Of a DNA stretch of 64,000 nt, positions 37,271 to 48,120 are shown piece by piece (within the stretch, counting starts at the first letter, position 1; each line of letters starts with the position of its first letter). The position numbers and the translations under genes were made by a program. The notes below the pieces were generated by a model that worked only from the letters and a program-made list of their open reading frames with translations, made no database searches and was not told where the DNA came from. Source of the stretch: a virus; IMG/VR virus record IMGVR_UViG_3300009175_000013, positions 1 to 64,000 of that record; one strand, given 5' to 3'.

Positions 37271-39417
37271 TCACCTAACCTATTCGTAGGCTGCGTAGCC
37301 GATGGTACAGTCTCTAGTTCTACATTTGATACGGGGTAACCACCTCCAGATTGGGCACCAACTCCCTTCCCACTTACCTCCTTGGGTTTATCAATGGTCG
37401 GGAAGAAAGCAAAAATGTTCTTGGCGTGAATGTCGGCATTGGTCTTCAGAGCGTTGGCATCTAGGGTGAAGCTGGTCCCGCCGGACTCCAGTCTGATTTC
37501 ATTGGCCTTCATTTCTATAACGTTACCCTTTAGCTTGAGAGTCTTACCCGCCACCACCTCAACATCCCCACTGCAGTAAATCTGTACCTTACCATCGGTG
37601 CCGTTATGAATGACCACCTTATTCTTACTATCATCCATCCAAATTAGCATGTCTTTGCCATCTTTGGCACGCCACACGCCCAGCGAGTTCTTGCGGCTAA
37701 ACCACATCCCACGCTTATCGTGGTCTATCACCTCCGTCCATGGGTCATCCTGGGGGGCGTCATGAATTTCTAGGCCGGCAAATTCGCCGCTGGCTGCCTC
37801 GCCCAGTTTCTTGCCCTTCGACGCGTCCCCGTGCCCAGCCCTGGTCTTAAGACGAATCAGTTCGCGTCCGTGGTCGATGATGAGGTGATGGGTTTTGGCG
37901 GCGGCTTCCTGGCTGTCGATGGACTTATCTAAAAATTCATTGTCGTCAAGATATTTCCACTTGGTCGGGACGTCGGGGAGCCGCGAGCAGATCGTGAGCG
38001 ACTCTTCGTTGTCGTCCATTCCCATGACTTGGCCAAGCGGTGTGCCCCATGCCGTATGGTTCTTGCTTGGACGCTCGTCGAACTGCCAGAAGTACCCCCT
38101 GGGATCACCGCTCTTTTTCGCATAGTCTGCCTTCGCACCGGGGGTAGCCCTGCCCTTAATTAGAACACCAATTCCTATTTCCTGATTGAGTCGAGCTGCG
38201 GCGGACGAGCTAAATGGGGCTAGATATTTCCCTCCGTCGTGGCTGCCGCGGTCATCGGCGACTATCTTAATCCCGCTCCGAGTAACGAAACGGAGCATCC
38301 GCATGTCGCGGCTGCCATATTGATTCCAGTCTGACTTAGTCTTGCTATACTGATCCTCCCGATCCAAGTAGGTGTTCTTGGCTTCGTCCAGGAGGAGCCG
38401 CGAGACAAACTCATCGTTCTCGGGGTCGAATCCAATATCGCACAGCTCAATCAGCATCCCGCCCTTGGTACGCAATTTAACCCATCGCTGATCGTCACCG
38501 CTGCCGATGGTCTTTTTCTGGTCAGACCACTCGCCTGGCCGAGAGCTATTCCAGCCGACGTCGCGCATTTCCAGCTTATTACCATATCTGGAAAGGAACA
38601 TGATCTTGCGCATATCATAGCTGGTGGGGTGATCTTCGTGGATGATCTTCTGGAGATCTAGCCAGCGCTTGATTTCGAATTTTTCATCTTTATCGAAGTC
38701 GCCGCTGAACTCACCCTTATCCCCATTTAATTTCCAGTTATACCCGACATCAGACTGGAGAAGAATCATGCCATACTTGGTGGCACGCAGCATCATCTTG
38801 GAGTCTGGGTTGTTGGCAATAGGTTTATTGGCGGCTTGGGAGAATTTACCCTTTGAGAGAGGGTCAGCTTCAGCCGGAGGTGGTGTAATATCATGCTCGG
38901 TTGGGAAGAAGCCGGTGGCATCATGCATGTCCAGATTACCGTAGCGATCCTGCCACCCATGGCTCATGGGCCTGCCATCTTTAGGGAGATAATCCTTGTT
39001 GTAATCTTGAGGCTTATCGGCTATATCACTATTTTGGCCGACCGGGATCTGAGTCTCGCCGTATAATGATGGTAGGGCGTAGAATTTTCTCCTAGTGGGG
39101 GTGGCGAAACCAGTGCAGATCGGCCCATATGGATGATTCTTCTCAAATGAGATCCAGACCCAGTCTCCGATACATGGGTAGGAGAACCTTCCGGCCCGCT
39201 TTCCGCCAAGATCTGAGGCAGTTACAGCCCACGGGCAATCCTCTGGTTTTAGGTCCCAGTCGTGTAGATCTGGGATTTTAAATTTAATGCGGCGGGATTG
39301 TAGTGCATCATTGGTCTCTACGACTACAGCTCGATAGGAGCCAGGGAAGCGAAGGTTAAGCGGCTTGGTCCTAGTCTGGAAGAACGCGTTCCAAGCTGCT
39401 TCAAATGAGTCTTGCAT
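37267..39417 (-). CDS. Baseplate hub/spike protein (gp5/VgrG OB-fold)
   Basis: YRAVVVETND....RIKFKIP...PWA...PCIGDWVWISFE.NHP. Confidence 0.8.
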   Translation of the reverse strand: MQDSFEAAWNAFFQTRTKPLNLRFPGSYRAVVVETNDALQSRRIKFKIPDLHDWDLKPEDCPWAVTASDLGGKRAGRFSYPCIGDWVWISFEKNHPYGPICTGFATPTRRKFYALPSLYGETQIPVGQNSDIADKPQDYNKDYLPKDGRPMSHGWQDRYGNLDMHDATGFFPTEHDITPPPAEADPLSKGKFSQAANKPIANNPDSKMMLRATKYGMILLQSDVGYNWKLNGDKGEFSGDFDKDEKFEIKRWLDLQKIIHEDHPTSYDMRKIMFLSRYGNKLEMRDVGWNSSRPGEWSDQKKTIGSGDDQRWVKLRTKGGMLIELCDIGFDPENDEFVSRLLLDEAKNTYLDREDQYSKTKSDWNQYGSRDMRMLRFVTRSGIKIVADDRGSHDGGKYLAPFSSSAAARLNQEIGIGVLIKGRATPGAKADYAKKSGDPRGYFWQFDERPSKNHTAWGTPLGQVMGMDDNEESLTICSRLPDVPTKWKYLDDNEFLDKSIDSQEAAAKTHHLIIDHGRELIRLKTRAGHGDASKGKKLGEAASGEFAGLEIHDAPQDDPWTEVIDHDKRGMWFSRKNSLGVWRAKDGKDMLIWMDDSKNKVVIHNGTDGKVQIYCSGDVEVVAGKTLKLKGNVIEMKANEIRLESGGTSFTLDANALKTNADIHAKNIFAFFPTIDKPKEVSGKGVGAQSGGGYPVSNVELETVPSATQPTNRLGE

Positions 39418-39418
39418 A

Positions 39419-39736
39419 TTATTGTCCAGACTGGCTGGCGTCCATGGATAGAACCGATGCTCGGTCTGGGATTGCGACCTGGTCTCCAGCCCTGGGCCAG
39501 TTAATATCTGTGATTTTATTATAATACATAATGACCCACCAGAGGTCAGTCGAACCTAAGTACCGCATGGCTATTAAATCACACCTGCCAACCAGGTCTG
39601 AAGTCGCAATAACATATTGCCCAGGCTGATCATTAACCCAATTAAACCCCGGCCATACTCCAATGGTATCATGGCCTTTGTGGCTAATGGCTGCGGTGTA
39701 GCGGTATCGCGAATTTATCGGCAGAGACACTGGCAT
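39419..39736 (-). CDS. LysM-like baseplate wedge protein (gp53-like)
   Basis: RCDLIAMRYLGSTDLWWVIMYYN...GDQVAIP. Confidence 0.8.
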   Translation of the reverse strand: MPVSLPINSRYRYTAAISHKGHDTIGVWPGFNWVNDQPGQYVIATSDLVGRCDLIAMRYLGSTDLWWVIMYYNKITDINWPRAGDQVAIPDRASVLSMDASQSGQ

Positions 39737-39737
39737 A

Positions 39738-40406
39738 TTAATACCACTCCGGATTTCCTACCAATTCATTGGCTGACTTGAGCCATTCCATATTTAGCAT
39801 CGCCTTTTTGTTTTTGTCTTCCGCTTTGGACCACAATTTCAGCTTCATAGAGAGGTCTGTCCGCAACGGGAATATGGTTCCAGCATCGTTTATGAGAACA
39901 TCGCCATACTTTACGTCAACCCCATCGGATCTAAAGCTGAACGATGATATACCAGCATGTGGCGACCCAACGACGTCATATGCCCTGAACTGCACTGCCA
40001 TGCTATTCTGAGTCAACTCAGAGAACATGGACATGTAGAAGAAACCCCTGATCTTTTTCACTATACTAGCAATGCTCTCCGCAGTCCATGACTGATCCCC
40101 ACGGCCAATGCTGCTGCCAGTTACAATGTAGTGCCACTCTATGTGTATTTCTCTTGCTTTTGACCCCTTAAAGACAACCAGTGGCTCGATGTTTCTAAGG
40201 TTGGTCTCCTCCCACTCTATTTGTTTATTGTCGGATTTAACAATCAGTGGGAACTGAAACGGCACCCACCCGCCAGAGCCAGGCAGCCCAACGTCAGCTC
40301 CACGCTTAACCACATTGCCTTTCTTATCAGTGGCGTCGCCATGTAGCAGCATCATGTAGCAGCCTCTACTTAGTGTTGTATCTATTGGCGCAAAGCTAAA
40401 AGACAT
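39738..40406 (-). CDS. Tube-initiator-like baseplate protein
   Basis: Position between tape measure and LysM genes; FQFP...WEE...R.EP pattern. Confidence 0.55.
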   Translation of the reverse strand: MSFSFAPIDTTLSRGCYMMLLHGDATDKKGNVVKRGADVGLPGSGGWVPFQFPLIVKSDNKQIEWEETNLRNIEPLVVFKGSKAREIHIEWHYIVTGSSIGRGDQSWTAESIASIVKKIRGFFYMSMFSELTQNSMAVQFRAYDVVGSPHAGISSFSFRSDGVDVKYGDVLINDAGTIFPLRTDLSMKLKLWSKAEDKNKKAMLNMEWLKSANELVGNPEWY

Positions 40407-40409
40407 ACC

Positions 40410-43400
40410 CTACCCCTGGTTAGAATTCCATTGGTTCAATGAACTACCAAATCCCCGACTGCCACCATCGGCGATCTCTGGCAGCCAAGTGGAAACCACC
40501 CCCTTAATTTCATCTAGCTTCTCCACAACCTGCGTCTGGCTTAGTTTGCTGTCAATCGAGGCGACCAGTTTGGTAATCCCATCTTTAATAGCATTGAGGG
40601 TTTCAGTCTGTTTGTCCTGGCGATCAACATCACGCTTCCTGTCTTCCACATCTGTCTTCACCGAGACGATGGCCGCAGTCCGGATCATCTCGTCCATGCC
40701 AGTAAGTTTCAAGAGGGCCATACTCCCAGCAACCATGAGTAGCGACTTGGAGATTCGAACAGCTGCTCTTTCCACGAAGAAGGCATAGATATTTAATCCA
40801 ACAGCCATTGAGGCCAACATAACTGCAAGATTGCGAGCGAATGAGAGCATAGCATCACCGCCAGCCATGCCCTGTGCCACTTTGCCTACTCTCTCCAAGA
40901 AACCAACAATCTTCTCCAAAGACGTCGAGAATAACGCAAAGAAGAATAGGGCCGGGGCAAATGCCAGTAAACCGCGAGAAATCGCCAGCGCGGCAATAAC
41001 AAATTGGAAATACTTCGCACCAACTAAAATGTCAATGCCCTCTCTTAGTGGCTTCATTAGCTTGGTGAATTCCATTAGCCCTGATACATCCAGTTTGGAC
41101 GCTAGCCACAGCAAAAGCAGCCCAGCAGTAAGCGGGATGGCCGCCATTGCCAGCCCATATGCGCCTATTAGTAGAGCCGGGGCAGCCGCAGCCAGCATAT
41201 ACCCAAATACAAATAATTGACCACCGAGTTTGATTAAATTTAACCCGGCCAGTGTTGCCATGGCCTGGGCAAAAACCCATACGGCAGCCGCCATGATCAG
41301 CATACCGTACGCCAGAATCACAATCGCCGCCGCGACCAGCAACATAATTGGGACTGCTGGTGGGAAAAATGATAATGCAATTGCTAGGCCAACAAGTACG
41401 GCACCGAGATAGGCGACCGCAATCGCGAACAGGATTATTGTAACTGGATTCACACCCTGCACAATTCTCATAGCTATAGCCATTGGTATCATGGCAAGGC
41501 CAAGGATGCCCACGGCCAGGGCGGCTTTAATTATATCTCCCTCGGCACTCGCCACAATCTTAGACATCAGCCACATAGCACTAGCAAATCCAATCAGGCT
41601 AGTCCCAATCATACCCAATTGTGGCAAGGTCATGTCAACTACGGCCTGATGGAATACCCACAAAGCCCCACCCAAAATGGCGAGGGCGACCGTCGCCTGG
41701 ATTAGTCCATCCCAATTAATGCCGGCAATCTCATTGACAAAATTCTTGATTCCAGTGCCAATGCCCTTTAGTCCGCTCGTAAGGCCACTGCCCTTGGTAA
41801 CAGCCTCGGTCGCGCCCTTAACCGCATCCTTAATGCCGAAGAGGGTCTGCCAGGCCACTTTGATAGATGCTACGAACTTCAATGCCCACGCCAACGCAAC
41901 AAAGGCACTTCCCAACGCCACAATCCATATGATTGTCTCTTTTATTACCGGGTGGGCCTTCATCTGTTGGGTGAACCATTGTAAGCCATGGGCAATCGCA
42001 ATTGCCAATGGTTGAATCAGCTCCACGAATGCATTCTTTAGAGAATCGGTAGCAGAACTTAAGGCATAGGACGCGTCTTCCTGCATCCGCAGGTTCTCTT
42101 GTACATTCTCAAAATCTTTAGCCGCGTCCTTCATCGCCTCATCGCCATTGCGAATGCCCTCAGCTATCCGGTCCCAATCTGCGCCATACTTCTTCTTGCC
42201 CCATTCCTCCATCTTATCGTTTACTTTGTCCATCTGCGTTAGCATCGTGAACGATACACCATAAATCTCCTTGGCCAGCTTATTTTTCAAGAAGGTGGGC
42301 AAATCCTTTAATGTCTCCACTGCCTGCTTGGCGTTTCCAGCCATAACCATGAACTGGGCGCTGGGCTTATCAAGCGAAACGGCCCCACCCAGTAACACGG
42401 CATATTTAAGGGCATCATTGGCAAGAGTATCAAAAACCTCGGCAATCTCGGACATTTCCATGCCAGCAGCCTTAGCCGCACCAGCCACCATGCCCATATG
42501 CAGAGTCGCCATCTGCACGCCTTTAGCTCCACCACCCCATGCCTCTGCGTATATCCCTATGTCTTTACTGAGCATCTTCATTAATGTGTCGACATCACGC
42601 CCAGTTAAACCAAACTGGGCCATAGACATTCTCAGGCTATTAAAAGACTTCTGTGTTTGCCCAGATGTTGCCCCCATAACCTCCATCCTCTTGGCAAACA
42701 TGGCGGCGGTTTCATTACTAACCCCGGTGGCTGAGGCGAATGTCCCAACCGCTTCCGTCAATACTTGGAAATTCTTTCCAGATATCCCAACGTCGGCTAA
42801 AGCCTTGGCCGCTGCTGTAGCTTCTTTTTGCAGCATTCTGGTGTTAGCCTGAGCGTTGCGAACGGCAGTTGATATCTGGTAGATACTCCCATATAGTTCA
42901 TAGTTTTGCATCCGCCATTCAGAGGCCTGCGCAACCGCCTCCGACAGATGCTTCGACCAGAAGTTAATTACCCCGCCAACAGTAGCTAGTTTGAGGGCTG
43001 AATCATAGATTTTATCAAGGCCTACCTCTTTGAGCGTTGCCGCCCATTTACTAGAGGCCTTGTCGACGTCCTTGATCTTCCCGCCAATTGAATCCAACTC
43101 GATAAGCATTCTCCCACAGTCATCGAGCTGGGTAGTTAGCATGCTATCTTTCGCTGTCTTATGCAATTCGATTAATGCATCCCTCTGCCCAAGCAGTTGA
43201 TCGTATATCTCCTTCTGCTTCTCAGCATTATCTTTATGGATATTCTGCTGAACCCTTAGCTCAGCCACTTGCTTCTTGAATTGCTGGAGGGTATTTTCAG
43301 TATCCGCAGCCTGTGTGTGCAGGCTCTTGGAAATATCCTTCCCGATTTTGGATATGTCGCCCATGGCGGAGCAGGCCATTTTCAGGCCCTTGACCAGCTC

Positions 43401-43448
43401 CTCATCCTCGAGCATCAGGATGAGTTTTAGTTCTTCAAAACCTTCCAT
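40410..43448 (-). CDS. Tape measure protein
   Basis: ~1010 aa, Ala-rich and helical with hydrophobic repeats; TAATG coupling at 43448. Confidence 0.8.
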   Translation of the reverse strand: MEGFEELKLILMLEDEELVKGLKMACSAMGDISKIGKDISKSLHTQAADTENTLQQFKKQVAELRVQQNIHKDNAEKQKEIYDQLLGQRDALIELHKTAKDSMLTTQLDDCGRMLIELDSIGGKIKDVDKASSKWAATLKEVGLDKIYDSALKLATVGGVINFWSKHLSEAVAQASEWRMQNYELYGSIYQISTAVRNAQANTRMLQKEATAAAKALADVGISGKNFQVLTEAVGTFASATGVSNETAAMFAKRMEVMGATSGQTQKSFNSLRMSMAQFGLTGRDVDTLMKMLSKDIGIYAEAWGGGAKGVQMATLHMGMVAGAAKAAGMEMSEIAEVFDTLANDALKYAVLLGGAVSLDKPSAQFMVMAGNAKQAVETLKDLPTFLKNKLAKEIYGVSFTMLTQMDKVNDKMEEWGKKKYGADWDRIAEGIRNGDEAMKDAAKDFENVQENLRMQEDASYALSSATDSLKNAFVELIQPLAIAIAHGLQWFTQQMKAHPVIKETIIWIVALGSAFVALAWALKFVASIKVAWQTLFGIKDAVKGATEAVTKGSGLTSGLKGIGTGIKNFVNEIAGINWDGLIQATVALAILGGALWVFHQAVVDMTLPQLGMIGTSLIGFASAMWLMSKIVASAEGDIIKAALAVGILGLAMIPMAIAMRIVQGVNPVTIILFAIAVAYLGAVLVGLAIALSFFPPAVPIMLLVAAAIVILAYGMLIMAAAVWVFAQAMATLAGLNLIKLGGQLFVFGYMLAAAAPALLIGAYGLAMAAIPLTAGLLLLWLASKLDVSGLMEFTKLMKPLREGIDILVGAKYFQFVIAALAISRGLLAFAPALFFFALFSTSLEKIVGFLERVGKVAQGMAGGDAMLSFARNLAVMLASMAVGLNIYAFFVERAAVRISKSLLMVAGSMALLKLTGMDEMIRTAAIVSVKTDVEDRKRDVDRQDKQTETLNAIKDGITKLVASIDSKLSQTQVVEKLDEIKGVVSTWLPEIADGGSRGFGSSLNQWNSNQG

Positions 43449-44815
43449 TATCCAGGTCCAGGAATAGACGCCGCATTGTAGTCTAGGCGGCTCAGATATA
43501 CATCTGTCTCCCAGCCGCGAGCTTCTGTCAGGCGATGGTGCCAACCGTATAGAAGCCAATCACCATCGATAAATCTAGGCTTTACCCCAGCTTGATCCTC
43601 CGGGGGCTTAAGCCAACTTAATTTAACTTTGGTTCTACCCAGTTCAGTCGAATCGAACAGCCTTGGCTGACCCCTAGCCGTCACCCGCATCCTCATGACC
43701 ATGTTGATCATTTCTAGATATTTCTGGCGGGCACGGCCATCTATATATTTACTATATTTAGCCCCTATCTCGCCCGCACTATAGATTTCTGGGATTGACG
43801 GTATGTGTGTAAATCCGCGATCATCCTTCTTGGGCTTAGCAAAGCTTTGGTCACCCTTCAGGCTTGGATTAACTTTATTTTGAGTATTCTCATCCTTAAC
43901 AAAGATTACACTTTCATCTTTATCTGTTACCTTATCCCAGTATTCACCGGAAATGGCAGACATACCAGAAGTAAGAAGCTTCAGTTCAACGGCTGATAAG
44001 AAATTGTTGGTTAGTAATTCCCACTTCTTAACTGACGCGACAGGAGCGCTATCAATACCACCATACGCTAAGATATATGGCCCATCGTCACCCTCGATAT
44101 TAGCTGGATATTTAAGATCTGGAGTATATGACTCCTTAATCTCAATACCCAATGTGGTATCTTCTTGGCCATTGGCAACCACCCAGGAAGTCTTATGCTT
44201 TGTGAATGCACTCGACCAATCTATTAGTGATGCGATGAAAGTACGCGGGTCCTGCCTCATCATCCAATAGATATTGGGCTGATCGTCGGTCTCACCAATG
44301 TCGAATTTAACGTTATAGCTGCCTATCGTTGACGGCACATACTCCTTTAGAACCTGGCTAATCACACCAGAATCGCCGCCGAGCTTCCCACGATACGCCT
44401 TCCCGGACGCCTTCCCAGAGTTCACATAATAAGAAATCGGATCCATGGCAATGAATTCGAAAACACCCTTGAAAGCTTCCTTTCCGACGGCTCTAATATC
44501 CGATATCAGCGCAACCCTCTGCTTACTCTTCACCCCACCCTGCCACTCAAGTTGAAACACCATTAGGGCCGGCTTGTCGTATTGGCGGCCAGTGATCAAA
44601 TAATCGCTACCCTGCTCCTCAATTATTTGGTCCAAAGTCTGAAAGAATGGGTCCTGAACACAGCACCGCACGACATACCCGCCATTGACCATGCTCTTCC
44701 ACTCAAAAGTGGACACAAAAGCAGTGACGTCAATGCCATTAATCTTGCAATTGGCGATCCAGGATACGCCAGATGGGCTGGGCATAAATACCTCAAAGTA
44801 TATTTTACACCCCAT
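43448..44815 (-). CDS. Baseplate hub protein (gp27-like)
   Basis: Position; C-terminal RGQP...DGDWLLYGWHH pattern. Confidence 0.55.
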   Translation of the reverse strand: MGCKIYFEVFMPSPSGVSWIANCKINGIDVTAFVSTFEWKSMVNGGYVVRCCVQDPFFQTLDQIIEEQGSDYLITGRQYDKPALMVFQLEWQGGVKSKQRVALISDIRAVGKEAFKGVFEFIAMDPISYYVNSGKASGKAYRGKLGGDSGVISQVLKEYVPSTIGSYNVKFDIGETDDQPNIYWMMRQDPRTFIASLIDWSSAFTKHKTSWVVANGQEDTTLGIEIKESYTPDLKYPANIEGDDGPYILAYGGIDSAPVASVKKWELLTNNFLSAVELKLLTSGMSAISGEYWDKVTDKDESVIFVKDENTQNKVNPSLKGDQSFAKPKKDDRGFTHIPSIPEIYSAGEIGAKYSKYIDGRARQKYLEMINMVMRMRVTARGQPRLFDSTELGRTKVKLSWLKPPEDQAGVKPRFIDGDWLLYGWHHRLTEARGWETDVYLSRLDYNAASIPGPG

Positions 44816-44836
44816 ACCCTCCGTGTATATACAGGT

Positions 44837-45151
44837 ATGAAACTGGCCTGGATAAAGTATGCTCCACCCGGCACCAAGCCAAAGTACATGCTGGTGCTCA
44901 CCCTGGGCACCAAAGACGATAAATTTTACTGCCTCGACGCCAACATGCCAGAAAAAGCCCGCGAATTCTTCAAATCCAAATCAACCTACCTAAGCGGCCT
45001 AACCCTGGAAGAACGAATCCAAATAATTAGGGATCAACGCCCCGAAGCCATGGCTGGGTATAAGACCATCCACGCCAGCAACGTAACCATTGAACGAGAG
45101 TATGAGGTCAATGCTTCTTCTTCACGGCCAGCAAAATCTGGATCATCTTGA
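44837..45151 (+). CDS. Hypothetical protein
   Basis: Start MKLAWIKY, divergent from 44815. Confidence 0.55.
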   Translation: MKLAWIKYAPPGTKPKYMLVLTLGTKDDKFYCLDANMPEKAREFFKSKSTYLSGLTLEERIQIIRDQRPEAMAGYKTIHASNVTIEREYEVNASSSRPAKSGSS

Positions 45152-45919
45152 TAGATCTATGCATTTTTCAAAATTGCGACGCTTCCTATGGAGCCACACT
45201 GTTGCGTCATCATAAAGATATTGGTATGCCTTTTTGCACCCACTCCCCGCTTTATCCCATCTCCATACACCACGCTGCCAATGGATAGAAGCATCAAGCC
45301 CAATTAGGCCGCGAACCGTCTCAACCGGCCCGCGAAATGGATTGCAGAATCCAATCGTTAAATATCCATTGGCTGGTATTGAGGCCCATCCATCACCATC
45401 AAACAACCCACGAATAAAATGCCTAGTAAGATTGGCATCAACAGTCGGCCAGACACCTTCCTTTTTATAGGTTACTATCCCATTATTGATTAGACCCCCA
45501 ACCAACTCGGCTGAATTAATATTTAGTCTGGACGAGCACGTGCTACTATCGCGCCTAATTGGGTGGTTTGACCCCACAGACACCCTAAAAGACCTAAGAT
45601 GCTGTTCATCTTTTCTTGCTAATTTTATTACAAGTCTTTTGTCAACATGCCCATTCTTGCGCTCAGCATGTTGTACATATCCATCAGATGCAATAAAACC
45701 AAACCAATAAGCTTTATGCTCTGTGTCTATTGCATCAAAGAAATGCCTATCTATAGCATATGTTGAGCACTGCTCGCTAAGCGCTCTATGGCCGCCATTG
45801 GCGTTTATTAATTTAAGTACATTATAATAAGAGATGTCACATTGTAATGATATGGCCCTGGATGACATTCCAGATCTATGCAACTTAATTATATAATCAT
45901 TTGTAATGAGGTGTTTCAT
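45143..45919 (-). CDS. LAGLIDADG homing endonuclease
   Basis: KAYWFGFIASDG and HFIRGLFDGDG motifs; lower GC. Confidence 0.9.
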   Translation of the reverse strand: MKHLITNDYIIKLHRSGMSSRAISLQCDISYYNVLKLINANGGHRALSEQCSTYAIDRHFFDAIDTEHKAYWFGFIASDGYVQHAERKNGHVDKRLVIKLARKDEQHLRSFRVSVGSNHPIRRDSSTCSSRLNINSAELVGGLINNGIVTYKKEGVWPTVDANLTRHFIRGLFDGDGWASIPANGYLTIGFCNPFRGPVETVRGLIGLDASIHWQRGVWRWDKAGSGCKKAYQYLYDDATVWLHRKRRNFEKCIDLSR

Positions 45920-45920
45920 G

Positions 45921-46943
45921 CTATATTTTTGATTTCGAATTAATTATAATTTTACAGATAACCCCAAGGTCCAACGGTCTCACCGAATTTTCAAACATCG
46001 TACGTATTTCCTTCCGATCCATATGAACATGTTCATATAGCTCATTAAAGTCCTTCGTCACCCCACCGTCATATTCAAGCTTCGGCGGCACCGCATAATA
46101 GACCTTGAAATAGGGCGACAGCAGCTTATAGTTCGCCACCAAACTCACCAATCCTGGATCATCATTGTCCGGGGCTAAAATTACTCCATTGGCTGGGTTC
46201 AACGCCCGCAACTTCTTGACCTGCCTCTCCACTATCGAAGCCCCACCCGTAGCCACCGCCTGATCGCCCAGAGTCATGCTGCCAAAGATAGCCTCCGTCA
46301 CAATCACATAATCACCCGGCTCCACCATATCAAAACCATACAGAAACATTCCCTTGCTCACCCCCACACTCTCGGGCGGAAAGCGGAAAGACTTGTTGAG
46401 ACGATCTCTCTCCTGCCAATACACCAAAGAGCCATACTCAAAATAGGGCCAGACCACGTACATCGAGTGGTAAGACAGCTTATGCCGCTCCACCATTTCT
46501 AGCGTCACCCCTCTGGTCTGTAGCCACCCCAGCAGCCCTTTGGCGCACCCGTCCTGCTGATTCTCAAACAATAGCTTAGAGCCGGTAGGCAAAGCGACGC
46601 TGGTCTGGGCTTCCTCTTCTTTCTCCTCCTGCTCCTGCCGCCGGAGTTTACGATAGATAGAAGAGAGGCTTGTGTCTTGCCCACAGACCTCACGAGCCGC
46701 CTCCACGTAGGAGCAATTTCGATAGAGCTGCACAAACCGCAGGAAAGTGCAGCCCTTCCCACCAGCCCAGGTATCACCACGCCAATCGTGAAGCACTGCT
46801 TTTGAACAGCTTATTTCCAGCTTTTTACTATCGTTCTCATACCACGGATTGGCTATGAGCAATTCGTCGCCACCTTTCCGTGACTTATAATCGAAATTCT
46901 TGGTCACCCAAGCATAGATCTGTTCGGGAGTGGGTTTATGCAT
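45921..46943 (-). CDS. DNA primase (DnaG-like, Toprim)
   Basis: FLYGFD, VIVTEAIF, ILAPDND..G, KDFNE motifs. Confidence 0.8.
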   Translation of the reverse strand: MHKPTPEQIYAWVTKNFDYKSRKGGDELLIANPWYENDSKKLEISCSKAVLHDWRGDTWAGGKGCTFLRFVQLYRNCSYVEAAREVCGQDTSLSSIYRKLRRQEQEEKEEEAQTSVALPTGSKLLFENQQDGCAKGLLGWLQTRGVTLEMVERHKLSYHSMYVVWPYFEYGSLVYWQERDRLNKSFRFPPESVGVSKGMFLYGFDMVEPGDYVIVTEAIFGSMTLGDQAVATGGASIVERQVKKLRALNPANGVILAPDNDDPGLVSLVANYKLLSPYFKVYYAVPPKLEYDGGVTKDFNELYEHVHMDRKEIRTMFENSVRPLDLGVICKIIINSKSKI

Positions 46944-47661
46944 CTACAACCTGCTTGTGCGGGCAAGTACCCCCATTTATGCTTCTACCAACGTTACAAT
47001 TAAAACACAATACTTGGAATCCAGCTGGGTATTTGTGTCGCTTCAGCCAACAATACATTGTACTACCACCACGCCTTTTGCCTAATAAACGACGGTGCTC
47101 AGCCCCATTGTTATGAATATGGTCAATAGTAAGAAATTGTAGAATAATCTCACCGCAGCAATTGCACCGAGACCCACCATACGCCGCAAACGCTGCAATT
47201 TTGCGGCGAAGGTCACGCGACTTAGTTGCCTTATTGTTATTCAGGGCACAGAGTGGGCAGCATTTTTTGCCTGGCTCGGCCTTGGTGCTCCCGCATTTAA
47301 CACACATTCCATTTGCAAATCTAGATTTATATTGATTTTGCGCCCACTTTACCTTACTTTTCTTGCATTGCCTACATTCGACCCCTTCGCTACCTTTCTC
47401 GCGTGGCCTTCCACAGTTCATGCACAGGCCAGATGCCACCTTCTTAACACGCCTTTTGCGTGCTGACTCATTGTGCTTATCTTTACACAACACACACAAC
47501 CGCCCCGAGTCAGCAGGATTGCGTCCGCAAAAACTACATAGTTTATTCTGTATTCTCAATAGCCGCCTATTTCGCAATGTCTCGTTGTGTCTATCTGCGC
47601 ACTCGATACACTGCCTAAGCCCGTCACGGGCTTCATTCTTACGACAACACACACATTTCAT
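46936..47661 (-). CDS. HNH endonuclease with repeated Zn fingers
   Basis: CNCCGE...LTIDHI.NNG..HR...FQVLCFNCN. Confidence 0.85.
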   Translation of the reverse strand: MKCVCCRKNEARDGLRQCIECADRHNETLRNRRLLRIQNKLCSFCGRNPADSGRLCVLCKDKHNESARKRRVKKVASGLCMNCGRPREKGSEGVECRQCKKSKVKWAQNQYKSRFANGMCVKCGSTKAEPGKKCCPLCALNNNKATKSRDLRRKIAAFAAYGGSRCNCCGEIILQFLTIDHIHNNGAEHRRLLGKRRGGSTMYCWLKRHKYPAGFQVLCFNCNVGRSINGGTCPHKQVVDA

Positions 47662-47733
47662 ATCATCACTCCAAATATATTAAGATATTTGACTGGAGTG
47701 GTGACGCTGATCGGCCATGTTTTTAGAATACGG

Positions 47734-48117
47734 CTAAACGATGCGGTTCTTCAGAATTCCGCCGCGATTAATGGCATTGAGTACCGCCGTCTCCGAGGTG
47801 TGAGTGGTCCTCTTGACTGCCACAACTGTTGGCCCATTATAATAATACGCCACCACATCATAGTTCATGGGAGCATTGTCCAGAGATGTGCCGGTGTAGA
47901 TGAAAGCATAATACTCATCTGGGTTCAGCCCGAGCTTCCAAAGCATCTCCTGAATAGTCAGCGAAGTGAAATTCGCACGCGCAAATAGCTCTCGCTGCAA
48001 CTTCAAATAGAGGCGCTCAGTGGCAGTGGCTTCAGATCCACAGACACATTCAAGCGTCTCCGTCCCCTGCTGAACGGTGATCAACTCCAACCACTGATTT
48101 TGCGCAACTGTAATCAT
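47734..48117 (-). CDS. Hypothetical protein
   Basis: ORF in the minus-strand run. Confidence 0.55.
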   Translation of the reverse strand: MITVAQNQWLELITVQQGTETLECVCGSEATATERLYLKLQRELFARANFTSLTIQEMLWKLGLNPDEYYAFIYTGTSLDNAPMNYDVVAYYYNGPTVVAVKRTTHTSETAVLNAINRGGILKNRIV

Positions 48118-48120
48118 CCA

